The notes beneath the pieces were generated by a model. The model saw only the letters and a program-made list of their open reading frames with translations, had not been told where the DNA came from and searched no databases. From Eledone cirrhosa (taxonomy: Eukaryota), in NCBI GenBank assembly GCA_964016885.1, contig OZ024751.1, positions 46,810,001 to 46,874,000 of the forward strand: a stretch of DNA of 64,000 bases, read 5' to 3'. Below are positions 58,907 through 64,000 of the stretch, one piece after another. The translations under genes and the position numbers were made by a program. Every line of letters begins with the position of its first letter. The first letter of the stretch is position 1.

Positions 58907-59854
58907 GTGAGTGCGTGTCATTGGTGAGTGGCGGTGTGGTGGTGTTGTGGTTGGTGGTGTGGTGGTTGGTGTGGTGGTGTGTGGTGGTGTGGTGGTATGG
59001 TGGTGTGGTGGTGATGTAGCGGTGGTGGTATGGTGGTGTAGCGGTGGTGGTGTGGTGGTGTGGTGGTATGGTGGTATGGCGGGGTGGTGGTGCTGTAGCG
59101 GTGTGGTGTGGGTGGTGGTGGTGGTGGTGTGGTGGCATGGTGGTGTGGTGGTGATATGGCGGTGGTGATTGTAGCGGTGGTAGTGTGGTGATATGGTCAC
59201 GTGGGTGGTTGTGGTGGTGTGGCGGTATGGTGGTGTTGTGTGGTGTGGTGGTGTGGGGATATGGACGCGTGATGGGGATGTGGCGGTGGTGGTGGTGATG
59301 TAGCGGTGATGATGATGTATTTGTGTGGTGGTATAGAATGGTGTGCTAATGTGGCAGTGATGCAGATGTGGTGTGGTGGTGCGGTGGTGTGGTGGTGTGG
59401 CCGTATGGTAGTGATGTATTTGCATGGTGGTGTGGTGATGTAGTGGTGTGTGTGTGGTGTTGTGTGATGGTGGGGTAGGGTATAGTATGATAGCGTAGTG
59501 GTGATATGGCTGTGAGGATTTGGTGATGTAGTGCTGTAGTTGTTTGGTAGTAGCTTATTGGTGTGGTGTGGTAGTTTGTTGATGTGGTGTGATAGTTTGT
59601 TGGTGTGGTAGTTTTGTTGGTGTGGTGTAGTGGTAGCTTGTTGGTGTGTGGTGTAGTGTGGTGTGGTAGTTTGTTGATGTGGTGTGATAGTTTGTTGGTG
59701 TGGTAGCTTGTTGATGTGGTGTAGTGGTAGCTTGTTGGTGTGGTGTGGTGGTAGCTTATTGGTGTTAGGATGTAGTGGTGTGGTGAGATGAGATGAATTA
59801 GAGAGCTGTCGAGTACCGCAGGATGGGAGAAAATTGAGAGTAATTGACTAGTGT

Positions 59855-60297
59855 AGGCCGGGTGTCGACTGGGTGAAGGTCGGGTGGAGGTCGGGTGGAG
59901 GCTGGGTGAAGGCCGGGTGTAGGTCGGGTGTCGGGTGGGTGAAGGTCGGGTGGAGGTCGGGTGGAGGCTGGGTGAAGATCGGGTGGAGGCTGGGTGAAGG
60001 CCGAGTGGAGGTCGGGTGGAGGCTGGGTGAAGGCCGGGTGTAGGTCGGGTGTCGGGTGGGTGAAGGTCGGGTGGAGGTCGGGTGGAGGCTGGGTGAAGGT
60101 CGGGTGGAGGCTGGGTGAAGGCCGAGTGGAGATCGGGTGGAGGCTGGGTGAAGGCCGGGTGTAGGTCGGGTGTCGGGTGGGTGAAGGTCGGGTGGAGGTC
60201 GGGTGGAGGCTGGGTGAAGGTCGGGTGGAGGCTGGGTGAAGGCCGAGTGGAGGTCGGGTAGAGGCTGGGTGAAGGCCGGGTGTAGGTCGGATGGAGG
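59855..60297. repeat. G-rich 11-bp-based minisatellite
   Basis: GGTCGGGTGGA / GGCTGGGTGAA / GGCCGGGTGTA modules in repeated order. Confidence 0.88.
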
Positions 60298-60405
60298 CTC
60301 GTTGTAGGATTTATGCAAGGACTACGCTGGGTCAGCCTCCTCCCATCTTTACTTCCACAACCCATTACACCCTGGTTATCAACTTTCTTCTCTTCCAGCT
60401 TCTGC

Positions 60406-60458
<53 letters not shown>

Positions 60459-60478
60459 CAGCATCAGCAGTATCAGCC

Positions 60479-60523
<45 letters not shown>

Positions 60524-60759
60524 CTACTACTACTACGATCACAACCACTACCACCACCACCACCACCACCACTGTCACCACCAGTCTGTCTGTGTGTCTG
60601 TGAAGTATTTCAAGGGTTTGATTGATGAGGGCCACACCTTCTAGTTAGGGTCCACATGCCAGTGGGATGCTGCAGCAGCCCTACACGTGTCTAACATAGA
60701 ACCTTACTGGTTACTTAGATGGTGACCACCTCACATCAGACACACACCGCTGGTGTTGT

Positions 60760-60775
60760 TTATACCACCACCACC

Positions 60776-60837
<62 letters not shown>

Positions 60838-60844
60838 CACCACC

Positions 60845-60912
<68 letters not shown>

Positions 60913-60948
60913 CACCACCACCACCACCACCACCACCACCACCACTGC

Positions 60949-60984
<36 letters not shown>

Positions 60985-61010
60985 CACCACCACCACCACC
61001 ACCACCACCA

Positions 61011-61041
<31 letters not shown>

Positions 61042-61105
61042 CACATCTACAACCACCACAAATAACTACACTACTACTACTACCACCACCACCACCACCA
61101 CCACC

Positions 61106-61161
<56 letters not shown>

Positions 61162-61225
61162 ATCTACCACCACCACCATCACTACTACTACTACTACTAC
61201 TACCACATCTACCACCACCATCACC

Positions 61226-61260
<35 letters not shown>

Positions 61261-61568
61261 CACCACCACTACCACCACCACCACCACCACCACCACCGCC
61301 ACCGCCATCACAACCACTACTACCAGCACCACCATAACCACTACTACTACCACCACCACCACCACTACTACCAGCACCACCACCACCACCACTACTACCA
61401 CCACCACCACCACCACTGCTAGCACCACCACCACCACCACCAGTACTACTACTGCCTCTACTACTACTACTACTACCACCACCACTAAAACCTCTACTAC
61501 CACCACCACCACTACTACCACCACCACCACCACTACTAGCACCACCACCACCAGTACTACTACTGCCT

Positions 61569-61605
<37 letters not shown>

Positions 61606-61688
61606 TAAAACTTCTACTACCACCACCACCACCACTACTACCACCACCACCACTACTAGCACCACCACCACCAGTACTACTACTGCCT

Positions 61689-61737
<49 letters not shown>

Positions 61738-61765
61738 TAAAACCTCTACTACCACCACCACCACA
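60760..61765. repeat. (ACC)n/(ACT)n compound microsatellite
   Basis: Direct inspection. Confidence 0.9.
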
Positions 61766-62231
61766 ACTGTACGTATGTATGTATATACACACACAAACAG
61801 TTCTCGTCACTTAGAATGGAAGAAGAAATCTCCACAACACAAAGTAAACAAAAGCATGTAAAACATCTACATTGTTGAGCTATTGTTTTCGGGTTCGAAT
61901 CCTAGGAAATCACTGATCCGATACGTGAAATAATTGAATGAATAAATAAATAAATAATGGTAATAATAGCTAATATAGGCGGCACAAGACCCTTCAATTT
62001 GTGGTAGTGTGCTGGAATATAGACGATGGTCGATGGTAATAGGAGCTGAGTGGTGGTGATTGGGGGGGGGGGGGAATGATGGATTGGGATGATACATTAA
62101 AGACGATAGCTTGTTTCCAGTCTGGGAACTTATCCCACATTTGATTCCCAAGCCTTTGTTGTCCACGGCATCAGCTCCTTTCCTTCCTGGTTCCTATATA
62201 TTATATTATATTATATATATATATATATATA

Positions 62232-62405
62232 TTGAGGTTGTGAGTTCGGTTCCCGGATCGGGCGATGCGTTATGTCCTTGAGCAAGACACTTTATTTCAC
62301 GTTGCTCCTTCTATCTGGAGTTGCGACCGATAGATAGTATTAGCAATTAGAAAGACCAATGGAAACATTGTTTCCTCGGTCCGATTTGACGAAAGTCCAT
62401 CGTTC
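62232..62405 (+). mobile_element. Family 2 SINE, 5'-truncated
   Basis: Reverse-complement match to 41465-41640. Confidence 0.83.
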
Positions 62406-62421
62406 CTTATATATATATATA

Positions 62422-62890
62422 TACTAACAGTGGTACCCGGCGTTACACGGGATAAGGTATTTTGGAACGCGGGCCGCCAACAGACCTAATCGTGGAAAAA
62501 CTGCATGCCTGGACTATATGTAAAGAAAATAAACCGAATACTCTGATGGCTGGATAATCTTTAAGATTTTCCAGGAAAATCGGCTAGACGTAACACCTTT
62601 TTCACCTAATAATTTTCTTTGCTCACGGTTTGAAGAAGAGACTGACTAATACAAAGTTACAATTTCAAGGAAATCGGTCTGACGTAACGCGTCAAAAAAC
62701 CCCTAAAAAGCTGAAAAAACGCAGCTTTTCACCTAATGCGGGCCCTAGGGGATCAAAAAGTTGAATTTTTTATGTGCATGACACTCCCTGAAACATAAGT
62801 AATACAAGTGTAAAGTTTGAAAAAAAATCGGTTGGGTACTTCTCGAGTTTTAGGGATTCAAACTCACAGACACACACACACGCACACAGA
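62422..62890 (+). mobile_element. Non-autonomous Helitron/Helentron-like (DINE-1/HINE-type) element
   Basis: Starts TACTAA..ACCCGGCGTTACACGGG (hairpin) and ends AAATCGGTTGGGTACTTCTCGAG..ACAGACACACAC, the layout typical of these elements. Confidence 0.6.
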
Positions 62891-63664
62891 TTCCGGGTTC
62901 AATCGGGGTTAACCAGGGTGATGATTTCTCCTGAATGAAACAGTTCTAGTCCTGTAGAAGGTATTTATGTGGTTCTGGTAGTTGTATAGCCCCAAGGTAA
63001 TCGAAAAAAAAACCTATGACCAAACACATATTAACCGAACACTCCAGTCATTTTCTTATGTGCATGAAATCTAGGCTCATATTGTGAGAAAAAGATTTCG
63101 TTGTTATTTCTAGCAGAACAAAAAACCACGATGAGGCTCTTAAGTCGGTTTGCATGACGTAGGGTATAACTTTGTTGTATGTCATTGTGCTATGACGTTG
63201 TGGTATGACGTTGTGGTATCGCGTTGTAGTGTGACGTTTGGATATGACATGGTGTGATATTTCGGTGTGATGTTGTGTGACGCTGTGTTGCTAGGCTGTG
63301 GTATGGCGTTATGGTGTGACGTTGTGGTGCTAGGCCGTGGTATGACGTTATGGTGATACGTTGTGGTGCGACGTTGTGTGACGTTGTTGTGGCGTTGCAA
63401 TAAGACAATCTTATGTGACGTTTTGATATGACGTTATCGTGTGATCTTGTGGTGTGACGCTGTGGTTCTAGGCTGTGCTATGACGTTGTGGTGAGGTTTG
63501 GGTGTGACATTGTGGTGTGACATTGTGTTATGACGTAGTGGTGTGTTTAACGTAGTAGTGTTGTGACGTAGTGGTGTGTTTAACGTAGTAGTGTAGTCCA
63601 TGTTGTTTCTGGCATGTTGCTTTGCATTTCTCGTTTTAAACGTGTGTAAATGTGCAAGTGTGTG

Positions 63665-63696
<32 letters not shown>

Positions 63697-63697
63697 C

Positions 63698-63818
63698 AGG
63701 AAAATGTTAAAGACCCCGGGGTCTTTAACATTTTCCTATTACCCACTCTACTACCCTAAGTATTGAGTACTCTGGTGCGTTATGGTCCATCTGGTTCCTT
63801 ACCACACTTCCTTCGTTA
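63698..63818 (+). mobile_element. Minimal family A fold-back element
   Basis: Perfect palindrome AGGAAAATGTTAAAGACCCC|GGGGTCTTTAACATTTTCCT followed by the tail. Confidence 0.87.
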
Positions 63819-63904
63819 TATATATATATATGTGTGTACACGCACATACATACATATATATATATATATATACATAATTATGTATATATATATATGTGTG
63901 TGTG

Positions 63905-63973
<69 letters not shown>

Positions 63974-64000
63974 GTATATATATATATAGATTATATATAT

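Overview
This is eukaryotic, AT-rich, microsatellite-saturated non-coding DNA. The repeat inventory suggests a mollusc, probably a cephalopod such as Octopus (inference): tRNA/Nin-domain SINEs, RTE LINE relics, TA-embedded Penelope-like elements and TTAGGG. Almost all ORFs in the track are simple-repeat artefacts. The one convincing protein-coding stretch is a 5'-truncated Penelope-like retroelement (PLE) ORF with an RT C-terminus and GIY-YIG endonuclease (17508-18908, minus), inside a ~6.3 kb insertion with an inverted pseudo-LTR. The main signal is a dense population (more than 20 pieces, at least 4 families) of short elements inserted in (TA)n with one shared architecture: [inverted arm]-[5'-truncated body]-[unpaired 3' tail]. 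Several carry type I hammerhead ribozyme motifs with palindromic stem III, and the inverted arm stops at a fixed, family-specific position. Some fold-backs also copy SINE or neighbouring host DNA. Also present are two SINE families, a SINE-promoter-derived tandem array, RTE fragments, a Tc1/mariner-type MITE, a Helitron-like element, a 6.1 kb 29-bp satellite with a 172-bp higher-order block, and a few candidate host exons. Coordinates were read by eye and may be off by a few bases.
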